Notes: generated from the sequence alone by a model not told the origin. A DNA stretch of 64,000 nt from Octopus sinensis (GCF_006345805.1 NC_043002.1:5704001-5768000), one strand, 5' to 3'. Counted from the first letter of the stretch, positions 1 to 12,469 are shown. Numbers and translations: made by a program.

Positions 1-133
1 GCCTGCCTCCCTGCTTTTCAGAAAGCCTCAAAAGTCCCATAAAAACTCATAGGTGCTGACCAAGTGATAAAACGCAATGCTCGAACGAGGCTAGAATTTG
101 AACTTGAAACAACGGCAACAACAACAAAGACTG

Positions 134-520
134 CTGCTGCTGCTGTTGCTGTTGAGCGAAGCGGTCTTCGTCCCAGAGCTCGCAAGATGTTAGAAGTCCG
201 AAACGTGGTCCTAAGCTATTCGTAAGACCCGCAGAAGAGAAAGCAGGTCAACCCCCGACACCGAGAACATCAACGGATGGATGAATGCGCATCCAGGCTC
301 AGCGGTTGCGTAGGAAGTCGGGGACCAGAAACAGGAAGAAAGAGTGAGAGAAAGTTGGGGCGAAAGAGTACAACAGGGGTCGCCACCACCCCCTGCCGGA
401 GTCTCTTGGAGCTTTAGGTGTTTTCGCTCAATAAACACACAGAACGCCCGGTCTGGGAATCGAAACCGCGACCCTCCGACCGCGAGTCCGCTGCCCTAAC
501 CACTGGGCCATTGTGCCTCC
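134..520 (-). mobile_element. tRNA-derived SINE inserted in a (CTG/CAG)n tract
   Basis: Minus strand starts GGAGGCACAATGGCCCAGTGGTTAGGGCAGCGGACTCGCG...GGTTTCGATTCCC (pol III A- and B-box-like), then an unrelated body and a CAG/CAA tail; (CTG)n on both flanks. Confidence 0.75.
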
Positions 521-802
521 ACCGCTGCTGCTGCTGCAGCTGCTTCTGCTGCTACTATAGCTACTACTATTATCTAAAAGTGAACTTGGAAATGTAGGAA
601 TATAGGCGTAAACTGTGGCTTTTAGTTCAGATATCAACTAACGTTATCCATTTAAGTAATGAAAACATTGGATTCTCTCCAAACACATTAGACTACATAA
701 CATCGCTGTCTAATATTTGATTCAGTTCAATGGCTACGAACCTGACTTAGTAGAAATAACAGCAAACTTCCCTCAAATCACAAAACTTATTCTCTTCCAT
801 CG

Positions 803-1674
803 GCAGCCATTGTGCACAGCCCAAATTTTGAAAGTGGAGTTGTGAAAATTTTGCAACATGCACAAACAGAGCTGACTGCAGATGAAGTGGCTGTTCTACG
901 TCAGCTGAACCCTGCTCACGGGTTTTAAGTGCTTAGTGAAAAAAAAAAAATGGCCAAATCGTTTCGGACTGGGGTGGTGAGGGGGTGGCGAAGTGAAAAA
1001 ATATTAAAGAAAATTTTTTTCTTTTTTTTTCGTGAAAAGATGCCTCCCCTTATTCTGAAGACTTTGGTGAAAATCATTGGAAAAAATTTGTCTTATGTGG
1101 GCTGTCTGATCCGAAATTCCGTTTTTCAGAAACTCCACTCTCCGCCTCCTTCCAAAAATTTTGCCTAAAAATTTCTTTGTAATCGTAATCTACACCGTTT
1201 AAAAGGTATTCGTATAAAATTTCATTAAAAGATACCTATTTTCCAGAAATTTTATGAGTGGGGAACATGTCGGCTTCAGTGAATTTTCTTAAATTCCTCT
1301 CCGCAACCCCTCGGAAAATTATTTTCCAACAAGTCTTCACATACACTTAATCTGCAGGATATAATCCATTATTTGGTGGAAGTTTCGTTAAAAAGTATCC
1401 GTTTTTCTGGAAGTTATGAGGCAACAAAGTCGGTGGCGTATTAAACTATAGTTATGCCATTTTCAATAAAAGTTGACGTTAATGTCGTGTCTGGGGAGAG
1501 TCATTCTCTTTTAGTGCCTTACAATTTAACACTCACCTGTAAAATTCCCACTTAACGTTAACTTCCGTTACATTTTCAAAAAATTAACGGATTAACGATT
1601 AACAAAGTTAACTTTTTGGTTAACGGATTAACAATTAACGAAGTTAACTTTTCGATTAACGGTGCCCACCTCTG
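803..1674 (+). mobile_element. Non-autonomous hAT-like DNA transposon remnant
   Basis: 803-916 translates AAIVHSPNFESGVVKILQHAQTELTADEVAVL, which resembles a hAT-type transposase segment (from recall). 1570-1674 has iterated TTAACG(G/A)TTAAC subterminal motifs ending in GGTGCCCACCTCTG, a TIR-like end. Confidence 0.4.
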
Positions 1675-1914
1675 CCTACTATATTATATTACGAGACAAC
1701 AGATGGAGTCACTATTCGTTTTTCGACCTGCAAGAAATAGCAATACGATATATTTCATATCACACATTGCCACATTCGATATTATTGTCCTAGGTGTTAA
1801 AAGCCGATGTTGTCACGGTTGGAACACTTTTCATCATCGGTGCGCTCTATTACGGCTGACTTTGAGCCTAAAAAGAAAACTAACGTGTTATGCATGAAAA
1901 ATGATCCAGTGAGA

Positions 1915-2282
1915 TAGCTTAGATTGTGGTCATTAGTCCTGCTGGAAATATCAGCCAAATCCACCTCAAATTAAGCCCAACCTTTAAAAACCGAAGGATG
2001 CATTGAATAATGTACTCTTAGATACACTTTGCCTAAAGATAAGGTTAGATTGTTACAGATAGAATGTCTGGGATAAAAGATCTGGGCTCTAGTTGATCGG
2101 CATTTTAGAAATAGCAGCCACTATTCACTCGAATCACATCCCGCCGTCATAAGGAAGAGTATGACATATAACATTGTCCTTGGTTACCTGCTCGTAGAAA
2201 AAGACGAATTGGTCATGGCTGGAATGTTTTTGATCACAGATCTGCTTGATCAAGCTCTACTTGAGGAAAAACAACAACAGCA
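1915..2282 (+). mobile_element. 3' portion of a SINE family (CTGCTRGAAATAGCAGCCAAATC... with AAC tail)
   Basis: The motif TAGAAATAGCAGCCAAATCTCCCTCAAATCAC recurs degenerately at about 760, 10327, 22150 (rc), 30390 (rc), 32958, 39765 (rc), 53395 and 56380 (rc). This copy ends in CAACAACAG. Confidence 0.5.
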
Positions 2283-2990
2283 TCAGGCATCATTCGGTCT
2301 CAGCGAGTTCAGTACCATTGGTCTCTTTAATACTGTCCACCGTTAATTAGCGGTGTATATACGGCAAGCTTCCAATCTCTTCCTAGTAAGCCACAGTGAG
2401 ATTTAGGCCCAGAATACAACGAGACAGAACAAATACTGCAAGGTATCCGATCCCGTCCGATGCTCCAACAATTTCGCTAGTCCACAGCCCTGGACTGGTA
2501 CTTTATTGACTGGCCCAGAAAAGATCAAAGTGAAAAGTAAAGTTGATTACAGTGGGATTTGAAATCAGAATGCAAGGAACCGGAACACATACTGCAATGC
2601 ATTTCGTCTGATGCTATAACGCTCATCATAATTCACCCGCCAAATATATATATATATGTTATTTGATATAAACGATTATTTCTAGACTGCTCGTACTATT
2701 CAAACTGTAGTGGAATAGAAAATCGTTGTGCAAAGTATTAGGGGGATAAAGTGTGGTGAAATTTTATAGAGAGACATGCTTTCTGATACTGTAAGTACTT
2801 ACTTCTGAGATAATTGATTCCAGACGATAATAATGTTGATTAAAAGTAAAGAAACTAGGTAAAGTGCCAAGAAAATATTTTTTCAAGTACAGTATGAGAA
2901 TTAGTTTTATGGAATAAGGCTTCGTGGCGTAGGTTATAGAATAAAAGTACATTTCTGGCGTGTCACATCCGTCAACATGGTATAATTCCC

Positions 2991-3220
2991 GGCGAGCTGG
3001 CAGAAACGTTAGCACGCTGGGCGAAATGTTTAGCGGTATTCCGTCTGCCGCTACGTTCTGAGTTCAAATTCCGCCGAGGTCGACTTTGCCTTTCATCCTT
3101 TCGGGATCGATTAAATAAGTACCAGTTACACACTGGGGTCGATATAATCGATTTAATCCGTTTGTCTGTCCTTGTTTGTCCTCTCTGTGTTTAGCCCCTT
3201 GTAGGTAGTAAAGAAATAGA
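2991..3220 (+). mobile_element. SINE family A (GGCGGCGAGCTGGCAGAAACG head), full copy with TSD
   Basis: tRNA-like head with B-box GAGTTCAAATTCC and central CCTTTCATCCTTTCGGG.TCGAT domain; target-site duplication TATAATTCCCGG at 2981-2992 and 3221-3232. Confidence 0.85.
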
Positions 3221-3399
3221 TATAATTCCCGGTTAAGTATTTTCATTTCGTTTTATGCCCTCAGGAAAAGGCATGATCATCACAACATTCAATTTCCATC
3301 TTCCTTTAAAACTAAGGCCATTTTAATACTGGTAAGAAGTCGCAGCTCTTCTTAACTCAACTTCAGAAAACTTAACTCCTCTTTTAAAGACATGTCTTG

Positions 3400-3700
3400 A
3401 TGTGCGTGGCTGAGTCGCTATGAGGCTCGCTTTACAATCATGTGGTTTTGGGTTCGGTCTTACTATGCAGCACCGTGTATAGCCCCGGGACGACCAATTC
3501 CTTCTGAGTTCGACAGACACAAATTGTGTGGAAACACTAGCGTAGCTAGGGGGAAGGTGAAGGAGATGGACGGCGGCACTTTTAAAGGGGAAGCACTTTT
3601 GGGTCTGTTGTAGGCAATATGTGTTTTTTGTGGGGTCCGGGGAAGGGCCAGCGCAGGCGGCACACACTCTAACTACGCTAGTGTGTGGAAGCCTGTCGAT
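3400..3700 (+). mobile_element. Degenerate SINE family B copy
   Basis: Partial similarity to 5428-5840 (GGTTTTGGGTTCGGTC, TATAGCCCCGGG.CGACCAAT, GAAGCCTGTCGTATATA). Confidence 0.45.
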
Positions 3701-3710
3701 ATATATATAT

Positions 3711-3759
<49 letters not shown>

Positions 3760-3831
3760 TTTATATATGCACACACATATATTTACGTGAGTGTGTGTAT
3801 GTATTCATGCATGTATGTGTGTGTATGTATG

Positions 3832-3870
<39 letters not shown>
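3699..3870. repeat. (AT)n and (GT)n microsatellites
   Basis: Directly visible. Confidence 0.95.
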
Positions 3871-3871
<1 letters not shown>

Positions 3872-4223
3872 AGAGCAAAAGAAGTGAGAGTCAGAGAGGC
3901 AGAGAGACAAAGACAAAGAGCGACAGAGAGAACCTATAGAAAATGACATTTGCTCAAGATGCCATACAGTGAGATCGAACCTGGAACTTCGGCTTTGTCA
4001 TACAAAATTCTTAGTCATTTGGCCATACTACGCCTGTCTGCAGTTATATGTGTGTGTGTGTGTGAGTGTGTGTGTGTGTATGTGTGTATGTGTGTATGTA
4101 TGTATGTGCGTGTATCTGTTTATGTATACACATACACACGCAGAAGCATGCAGATACCACGCATGCGCGCACACCCACACAAACTCATACACTTACATAT
4201 ATTTATATATACATATATATTAC

Positions 4224-4456
4224 TTTTTTGTGTAATGAGATAAAAAACCAAGGCTGTATAGATATTAGAGCATTTATAGATAGAAAGTCTTACAGCTGTT
4301 TCTAGGATATTAATTAATAATAATATCCCTTCCCTTCATCCGATGAAGGGATATTATTATTAATTAATATTCTAGAAACAGCTGTTATACCTTCTATCTA
4401 TAAATGCTCTAATATCTATACATCCTTGGTTTTTTTTTATCTCATTACACAAAAAA
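4224..4456. repeat. Foldback of a Penelope-like terminal repeat, centred on a hammerhead-like core
   Basis: Arms of about 110 bp around 4341 (CCCTTCATC-C-GATGAAGGG). Each arm carries GATGAAGGGATATT...AATAT(C/T)CTAGAAACAGCTGT. Confidence 0.6.
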
Positions 4457-4666
4457 TTCATATATACACACGCTGACATAGACCCAACATTGAACCCTTT
4501 ATTCGCAATATTACCGAATCTGGAACTTAACTATGGTCTGTCTATAGCACTTATTCAGCATTACCTGACACCTTTGGGTCTCAATGACACCATTATCTAT
4601 TATAACCTCAACTACATACATACATACATACATACATACATACATACATACATACATACATACATG

Positions 4667-4709
<43 letters not shown>

Positions 4710-4740
4710 TATATATATATATAATATATATATATATGTA

Positions 4741-5240
<500 letters not shown>

Positions 5241-5326
5241 TAATATATATATATATTATATATATATATATATATTATATTATATATATATATATAATAT
5301 ATATATATTATATATATATATATACA

Positions 5327-5841
5327 TAGGAGTGGCTGTGTGGTAAAGTAGCTTGCTTACGAACCACACGGTTCTGGGTTCAGTCCCACTACGTGGCACC
5401 TTGGGCAAGTGTTCTTCTTTAAGGCGCAGGAGTGGCTGTGTGGTAAGTAGCTTGCTAACCAACCACATGGTTCCGGGTTCAGTCCCACTGCGTGGCATCT
5501 TGGGCAAGTGTCTTCTGCTATAACCCCGGGCCGACCAATGCCTTGTGAGTGGATTTGGTAGACGGAAACTGAAAGAAGCCTGTCGTATATATGTATATAT
5601 ATATATATGTGTGTGTGTGGTTTGTGTGTCTGTGTTTGTCCCCCTAGCATTGCTTGACAACCGATGCTGGTGTGTTTATGTCCCCGTCACTTAGCGGTTC
5701 AGCAAAAGAGACCGATAGAATAAGTACTGGGCTTACAATGAATAAGTCCTGGGGTCGATTGCTCGACTAAATGCGGTGCTCCAGCATGGCCGCAGTCAAA
5801 TGACTGAAACAAGTAAAAGAGTAAAAGAGTAAAAGAGTATA
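5327..5841 (+). mobile_element. SINE family B (GGAGTGGCTGTGTGGTAAG head, CORE-like CCTTGGGCAAGTG domain, AAAAGAGT tail) with a duplicated head
   Basis: Head at about 5329 breaks off at about 5420 and restarts at about 5428; internal (AT)/(GT) tract; tail (AAAAGAGT)n. Matches 42361-42752 and 61427-61828. Confidence 0.85.
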
Positions 5842-6820
5842 TATAAATTAGGTAAAGAAAAATTAATTTGCTGAAACGGAGTAGTTATGCATCTAAGTTA
5901 GAAATAAAAAAACACAGCCACAAGCACAACCCATTGAAGATGTGAGACGGAGAAGGCTACCTCAAGCGCAGGGAGTTAGGTCGTTAAAAATAAAATACAC
6001 TGAGAAAAATTAATCGATTAAGCTAAAAGAAAAAAGGAGTTATCTAAGAAATCAGACTATTGCTATGGAGAAAACTTTTAGACTGACATTGGGAAAAACA
6101 ACAGACGAAACACTCGAAATACCAAGTCTAGAAATACCAGATTTAACACTTAAATCTTCGACACTGTAAAGTAACTTTTACAGTCTTTTCCAACCATAAC
6201 ATTGTATTATCGGTGAATGGTCTTAGGACACATATAGCTCAAACCGTCCCTACCAAGGCAAACCAAGTTAGTCCGGTCTGAATTTCCACAAGGCTTAATG
6301 AAAATCAGCCGAGAACGAAATTCTTACCGGCCTGCAAAACCTCTGTAGGCAAGGCAACAGCGTAAAACTGAAAGAATTTCTGTCAATACTGTAAGTTATA
6401 CACATTAAATTTGTCTCGATGAGGAAGTCTGACACCATTCAAAGAAATTTCATCCCCAGAAATAAGAAAATTCCTTTGAGACGAAGGGAAAACGCCTCAA
6501 ATGTTTTAAACAAACAAATAACTGAAAAAAAACAGGAACTAATTAAGAATGTCGTTCGTGGAGATTGGAAATCGAATGAAGTAGTCCCATTGAAAAGAGG
6601 GCGCTAGAAAGGAAACCTGAACTGTGTAAACCAACTCAAAGGGTTTTATAGTTTCGTAAAAGAAACAGCCTCTGTGCGCTGCAAAATACAACCATTGTTT
6701 GAAGGGAGTGGATCGCTTACTCAGACCCTCAAAAGGTGAATGAAATACTCAATGAACAATTCAGTTCTATGTTAACTATCCAAACAAAGAGATGAGCCAA
6801 CGGGTATTTTTTTAAAGTAA

Positions 6821-7050
6821 GGCGGCGAGCTGGCAGAAACGTTAGCACACCGGGCGAAATGCTTAGTAGTATTTCGTCTACCGCTACGTTCTGAGTTCAA
6901 ATTCCGCCGGGGTCGACTTTGCCTTTCATCCCTTCGGGGTCGATAAATTAAGTACCAGTTACGCACTGGTGTCGATATAATCGACTTAATCCGTTTGTCT
7001 GTCTTTGTTTGTCCTCTCTGTGTTTAGCCCCTCGTGGGTAGTAAAGAAAT
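6821..7050 (+). mobile_element. SINE family A with TSD
   Basis: Same sequence as 2991-3220; GGTATTTTTTTA repeated at about 6803 and 7052. Confidence 0.85.
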
Positions 7051-7423
7051 AGGTATTTTTTTAGAGTTACAACTTTACATGGAGAGAATGAAGCCATAAT
7101 TTGCAAAGAAATAGAAGATGCAGGTGTGATAACTTCAATAAGTACAATTAGTATAAACTCAGCTTTTGACATTAATGGCTTCCCAACAATTCTAAAAAGT
7201 ATGTACAAGAAAATGGGTCCAAGCAAGACCATTTCACTTGCTTTTCGAAGGATTTCTGGAAGGTGGTAAATCTCACCAACGTGTTAAAAGTGCATGTCCT
7301 ATTGTGAAAGTGGAAGCAGAGCAGATACAAACAATTACAAACCTGTATCTCTAACTTCTTACATCAGCAAAGTCTAGGAGCAAGTTATCCCAACCAAACA
7401 GACGATGTCTCACATAACTGCTG

Positions 7424-7663
7424 TACCTATTTCTATTTCTTTACTACCCACAAGGGGCTAAACACAGAGAGGATAAACAAGGACAGGCAAACGGATTAAG
7501 TCGATTACATCGATCCCAGTGCGTAACTGGTACTTATTTATCGACCCCGAGAGGATGAAAGGCAAAGTCGACCTCAGCGGGATTTGAACTCAGAACGTAA
7601 CGGCAGACGAAATACGGCTACGCATTTCACCCGGCGTGCTAACGGTTCTGCCAGCTCGCCGCC
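7424..7663 (-). mobile_element. SINE family A with TSD
   Basis: Reverse complement of family A; AACTGCTGTACC on both flanks (about 7417 and 7664). Confidence 0.85.
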
Positions 7664-7777
7664 AACTGCTGTACCATTACGACAAGTCGTACATCAGCTG
7701 CTCAGCCAATCAAATGTAGACCTGGTATACTTCGACTTTTCAAAAGCTTCCGATAAATTTGATCGCAGAACAATATA

Positions 7778-8470
7778 ATTAGTGGCGTCTCGTAAATAAA
7801 ATTAGCGGGGGTGCTGCTTCAGAAAATTTTTAGCCGTTGCTTAATATTGTGTAAACGTAAACAAACATATAAAAAGGAAATTTATATTTAAACTTGATCC
7901 GTTCGCGTTTTAAGCCACTGCCGGGTAGTGTGTTTAATTTGTTCACTGAACACCGCCGCGAATCCCCCCTTGTTTTTCAAAAATCGCCCCAAAATCACAA
8001 AATAAGAGTGGGGGATGTGCCCTATTTTTCAAATCCTGGCAGCATCACTGAAGCTTGGAGCAGGATAATAATCTAATTCTACACTTTATCACATTTAAGA
8101 ATATAAACACGTTTTTAAGCACAACACACGCGAATCAAAAAGAAACACTACTTTTCACCAGCACACGGGGTAAGCACTGCGTGAACGACAGTGCTCTCTC
8201 TCCCTAGCGTGAAATTTCCTGTCTCGGACATGTGAGCATGCGTGCAACAACCAAACACTGCGTCGCTGGAACTGTGAAGCGCACGGTTCTATACAAAGAT
8301 TTTTGTATTTTTTTCATAAACTAGGGGATGGCTACTGACATTAAGCTTAAGGACTATATAATGTACATGTATAAAGAAAGAATTAAAGAAAAAATGACTC
8401 GTTATATTGAACGTTATCGATAATATCGAGTGGAAATAGGGGGTGCTGTAGTTCCGCAGTGCCTATACAC
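7778..8470. mobile_element. MITE-like DNA element inserted in the CR1 RT
   Basis: Splits the CR1 motif DFSKA.DK.D from (H)RICYKL; starts TAGTGGCGTC and has GGGGGTGCTG near both ends. No clean TIR found. Confidence 0.35.
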
Positions 8471-9016
8471 GAGCCACCACAGAATATGCTACAAACTTCG
8501 TGACCACAATATAATCGAAAACCTGGCCGAGTGGCTGTATGACTTTCTATATGAGAAAATTCAAGTTGTTGCATAGAACCATGTTTCGTCTAAAGGGTTA
8601 ACTACAAAATGAGAGAAAGTATGGCTCGTAACAGTTCTATCAGAATTATCCTTGATCGTCAAAAGCTGTGGTGATGATTCTAACATGTCGAAAGCGGTAG
8701 CAATCTCCGAGCATATTAAAAGCTTATATTCGATGTCAAATACAGATGAGCTGAAGAAAACACGAAATTTAATGTAAGAAAGTTTCAAGTACTTCGCTAT
8801 CAGTTCTCTAATATAATTCAGTTTGGATACATAGAGTCGGAGGAAACTGCAATACCAGGGTAAGAAACTAGGAACTATGATGAATATGACATAACGTATC
8901 AATCTATGTGCATAATGCGAAAATAAAAATTTAAAAAAACATGCAATTTAGCAAGATACATTGAAAGAATATTCAGAATAAAAGAGTACAAGTAACCATC
9001 CTTTTTCTGAGGGCAA

Positions 9017-9509
9017 TACCTATTTCTTTATTGACCACAAGGGGCTAAACACAGAGGGGACAAATAAGGACAGACAAACGGATTAAGTCGATTACATCGA
9101 CCCCAGTGCGTCAATGGTACTTATTTGTAGCTGAATCAGTAGCTGACCAGAGCGCTGCCTCAATACATAATCAACTGACAAACGACGGCCACAACACACA
9201 ACGATCAGCTAACATTAAGAATCTCATGACAGCGACTATCATACCTAGCCCCAAAACAGTAAGCTTCTAACTATACCGATTTCTTTACTACCCACAAGGG
9301 GCTAAACACAGAGGGGACAAACAAGGACAGACAAAAAGATTAAGTAGATTACATCGACTCAGTCCGTAGCTGGTACTTATTTTATCGACCCCGAAAGGAT
9401 GAAAGGCAAAGTCGAATTCGGTGGAATTTGAACTCAGAACGTAATGGCAGGCGAAATACGGCTACACATTTCGCCCCGTGTGCTAACGTTTCTGCCAGCT
9501 CGCCGCCTT
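9017..9509 (-). mobile_element. SINE family A: partial copy (9017-9125) and full copy (9275-9509)
   Basis: Reverse-complement match to family A; the full copy is flanked by GCTTCTAACTATA. Confidence 0.8.
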
Positions 9510-10546
9510 GCTTCTAACTATATCAGTACTTGTAGTTCGTAGTAACATTTCTTTTTTGGAGGTGGGGTTATGATATTGATAAATAAATTTTTACGGGACT
9601 CTCAAGCAGATTTCAGTGTTCTTTATTGTAATTAAATTTAGAAGAGTGAATTTAATTTTCGACTTTCTAGTGTAAATAAACTGATTAAAACCATAAAGTT
9701 GGATGTGAGCTTATAGCTTTAGTAAGCCTTCCAGTTTTTGACATAAAATTGTGCTAGGAATGGTTACAAAACAGACCTTGCGTGAAATGAAATATCAAAT
9801 TTACATATACATTTTTTTAAAATTGTCATACCAATATTGCTTATTTCTTGTTGCCAATCCTTGAAAATAATCATAACAACATTAATAATAATAATTGTTT
9901 CTGATTTAGACACAAATTCAGTAATCTTGGCGCCATTGAGGGCGCTCTACAACAGTGTTTCTAGTAGGAGCGATACCTATGAGGATTGAAAAGGGAGCGC
10001 ACAAATTGCTATGGTTTCTCAGTTTTAAACCCTTTAACTGCAAAATTAAACAACATGGTTATTCCAGTAATGGTGTTAAATATCTACCAAAAACATAGAA
10101 TTGGTATTTTCTGCAAGTCACATGGTCTCAATAAACTTGATATTTCTCAGCAAAGCATTATTTTGCACATGACATACCTCAACAAATGATATATTAGTCT
10201 ATAGAACAGCTTTCTGCAATTAAGGCTAATGTAGTTTTGAGTGAATATATTTAATTTTTGGTGTGGAGGACTGTTATTTGCAACTTTGAGAACTGCTTCA
10301 CTAAACGGTAGGTTTACGTGTTAGATATAGCAGCCAAACTACTCTCAAATTAAAAAAAAATAAAGTTGACATTTGAATAACGTAGTGCATTGCTTGAAAA
10401 TAAAAACGATGTAATTGCAGTTGGAATGGCTTTGGTCAAATGCCTGGTCAAAAGAGGTCACTTGGGTGAAGCAACGACAACATCCAAATCTATATAATGG
10501 AGAGCGAAGAAGATATGACAAATAAATTGTTCCTCCTAAACCCACT

Positions 10547-10716
10547 CTTCTTCTTCTTCTTCTTCTTCTTCTTCTTCTTCTTCTTCTTCTTCTTCTTCTT
10601 CTTCTTCTTCTTCTTCTCTTCTTCTTCTTCTTCTTCTTCTTCTCTTCTTCTTCTCTTCTTCTCTTCTTCTTCTTCTTTCTTCTTCTTCTTCTTCTTCTTC
10701 TTCTTCTTCTTCTTCT
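10547..10716. repeat. (TTC)n microsatellite
   Basis: Directly visible; source of the spurious poly-R/E/F ORFs. Confidence 0.95.
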
Positions 10717-10739
10717 CTCACACACACTCACATACACAC

Positions 10740-11070
10740 AACCGTATGCGCGCGGCATGGTAATCTTGTACCAAGATAATCAGCGCATAACCTTGCAGGT
10801 GGGACTCAGTTAGAATTTTCATCTGGTGGAGTAGCCCGTCCCACTCAAAAGGTCCCTGAATAAATGTTGTTTAAGGATGATGAACGAAACACTCATATAT
10901 CCAAGGGTGAATTATTCATACCCCAAAGAATCTCTCTCAAAACATGACTATGATGCTCTCCCACTACTGCTCATGTTCAGCGATGCTTATATCGTCAGCC
11001 ACTAACGAACATTCTCAACTAATTATGGTCAAGCAAGTGACAAGTAAATATGTGGTAAGGCGGTTTAAGT
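10740..11070 (-). mobile_element. Unclassified interspersed repeat (partial)
   Basis: Homologous to 12580-12870 and 35230-35400 (CAGCGCATAACCTTGCAGGTGGG..CAGTTAGAATTTTC; CTCTCAACACATGGCTATGATGCTCCC). Confidence 0.6.
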
Positions 11071-11540
11071 CAGAGTTCAAATTCCACTGAGGTCAACTTT
11101 GCCTTTCATCCTTCCTACCAGTCGACTGTTCCCTCCCTTCAACCCCACTCCACCAAATTTCAGGCCTTGTGCCTGTAGTAGAAATGATTTATCTCGTCCT
11201 TTGATATTGTCTTCTATATCTTGGACTCTTGTGGCCAATAAAAAAGATCATCATCATCAGCAGCAGCAGCAGCATCTTCATTATTATTATTGTTATTATT
11301 ATTATTATTATTATGGTGATTATTTTTATTATTAATATATGCATCGAGCTGACAGAATCGTTAGAGCATCGATAAAAAAGTGCTTGCGGTAATTCTTGCA
11401 GCACTTTACGCTCTGATTTCGAATCCAGTCGAGGTCAACTTTCTCCAGATAAAATAAAGGACCAGTCAAGCACGGGATTCGATGCAATCGACTATATCGC
11501 CTCCCCTTAAAATTGCGGGCCTGTTACCAAAATTTGAAAT
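11060..11540 (+). mobile_element. Two degenerate SINE A-variant copies with (ATT)n tails
   Basis: GAGTTCAAATTCC..GAGGTCAACTTTGCCTTTCATCC at about 11093 and 11410; 3' ends GGCCTTGTGCC / GGGCCTGTTACCAAAATTTGAAA. Confidence 0.6.
11189..11247 (+). mobile_element. Very short 3' stub of a Tx1-related element
   Basis: Ends in CTTGTGGCCAATAAAAAAGA, identical to the 3' end of the Tx1 element at 19237-19256; also shares TCGTCCT upstream; followed by trinucleotide repeats. Confidence 0.5.
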
Positions 11541-11584
11541 AATAGTTATTATTAAAATCAGTAACGTCATTATTACTATTATTA

Positions 11585-12410
11585 TTTACTTTCAATCTGC
11601 ATGCTTGTTACAATCACTTGCCGAGACACACCCAGCGTCCTAGGGCGAGTGAAGGATAAGAGATGTTACAGTCTGACTGAAAGCTTGGAGAGGGCAAGTA
11701 GCAGAGGCAGTAACGAAATATCTTCATTTAAATTGACAGGGTTTTTCTAAGGAAGTGGGCAGTACTTGTCAGTACAATCTTTTGGATTTCTCTGAGACAT
11801 GGTTCTCCTGGGATCTTATCTAGATGTTTCTGACATCCCTTTTTTTTATCATACCTAGGACACCTGTAATAACAGGAACAATTCTCGCTTTAAGTTGTCA
11901 CATCTTTTGTATTTCAGATTCCAAGTCATTATATTAACTTAATTTGTCAAATTCCTCTACAGATATACTTTTATCAGTGAGAACACTTACATCTATTAGT
12001 CTACAAGTATTTTCTTTCTGTCTGGTCGATTAGCCTGTATCGTTCTGTCGATGTTGACTGGAAAATCCCAGAAGATAGCCACATTTTTACCTTCAACGAC
12101 TGACTCGGGATGATGTTCATACCAGTAAGTAGGGCTGCTATTTTGTAGTGTTTACATATTTGCCAATGGAAATACTGTCCTACCCTATTGTGACAATTTT
12201 TGTATTCGTTTGGTGTCAGCACAGAACATCCCGAGACGAGATGGTCTATTGTTTCGTCAAATGTGACGCAGAATTTGCATTTAGGGTCAGAAGAACGTTA
12301 GCCTGGTAGTTTTTGGTAAGCGAGTTTTGATCTTGTATCGCCAATGTGAAACCTTCAGTTTCTACTTTCAGTCCTGAACTTCTCAGGCACTGATGTGTTG
12401 TTACTGGGTC
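11585..12410 (-). mobile_element. Dong/R4-clade non-LTR retrotransposon, 3' fragment (Zn knuckle plus restriction-like endonuclease)
   Basis: Minus-strand translation across frameshifts: SSGLKVETEGF..IQDQ, DPKCKFC...ETIDHLVSGC, HNRVGQYFHWQICKHY, IQANRPD..LIDVS, IVLTSTAHFLRKTLSI*; 3' end runs into TAA-type repeats. Confidence 0.8.
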
Positions 12411-12469
12411 TACATCAGCATTTCGACTTCGAAACTATTATCACACGTGTACGTTGTTATTATTATTAT

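Larger units (their letters stand above)
6590..8990 (+). mobile_element. Fragmented CR1-like LINE ORF2 (RT), interrupted by younger insertions
   Basis: Degenerate translations FYSFVKETASVRCKIQPL..NEILNEQFSS (about 6640-6770), NNYKPVSLTSYISKV (about 7330-7375), VDLVYFDFSKASDKFD (7716-7765), ICYKLRD...EWLYDFL (about 8485-8560), FNVRKFQVLRY (about 8768-8800). Confidence 0.65.

Noticed and set aside
455-520. tRNA-like sequences here and at SINE heads (2991, 5329, 37109, 42361)
   Set aside because: They have A and B boxes but no complete cloverleaf or acceptor stem, and they continue into SINE bodies with tails or TSDs.
10300-10546. Possible LINE 3' end targeted to the (TTC)n tract
   Set aside because: Translations (PGQKRSLG*, WSNAWSKEVTW) give no convincing motif and there is no second copy in the window.
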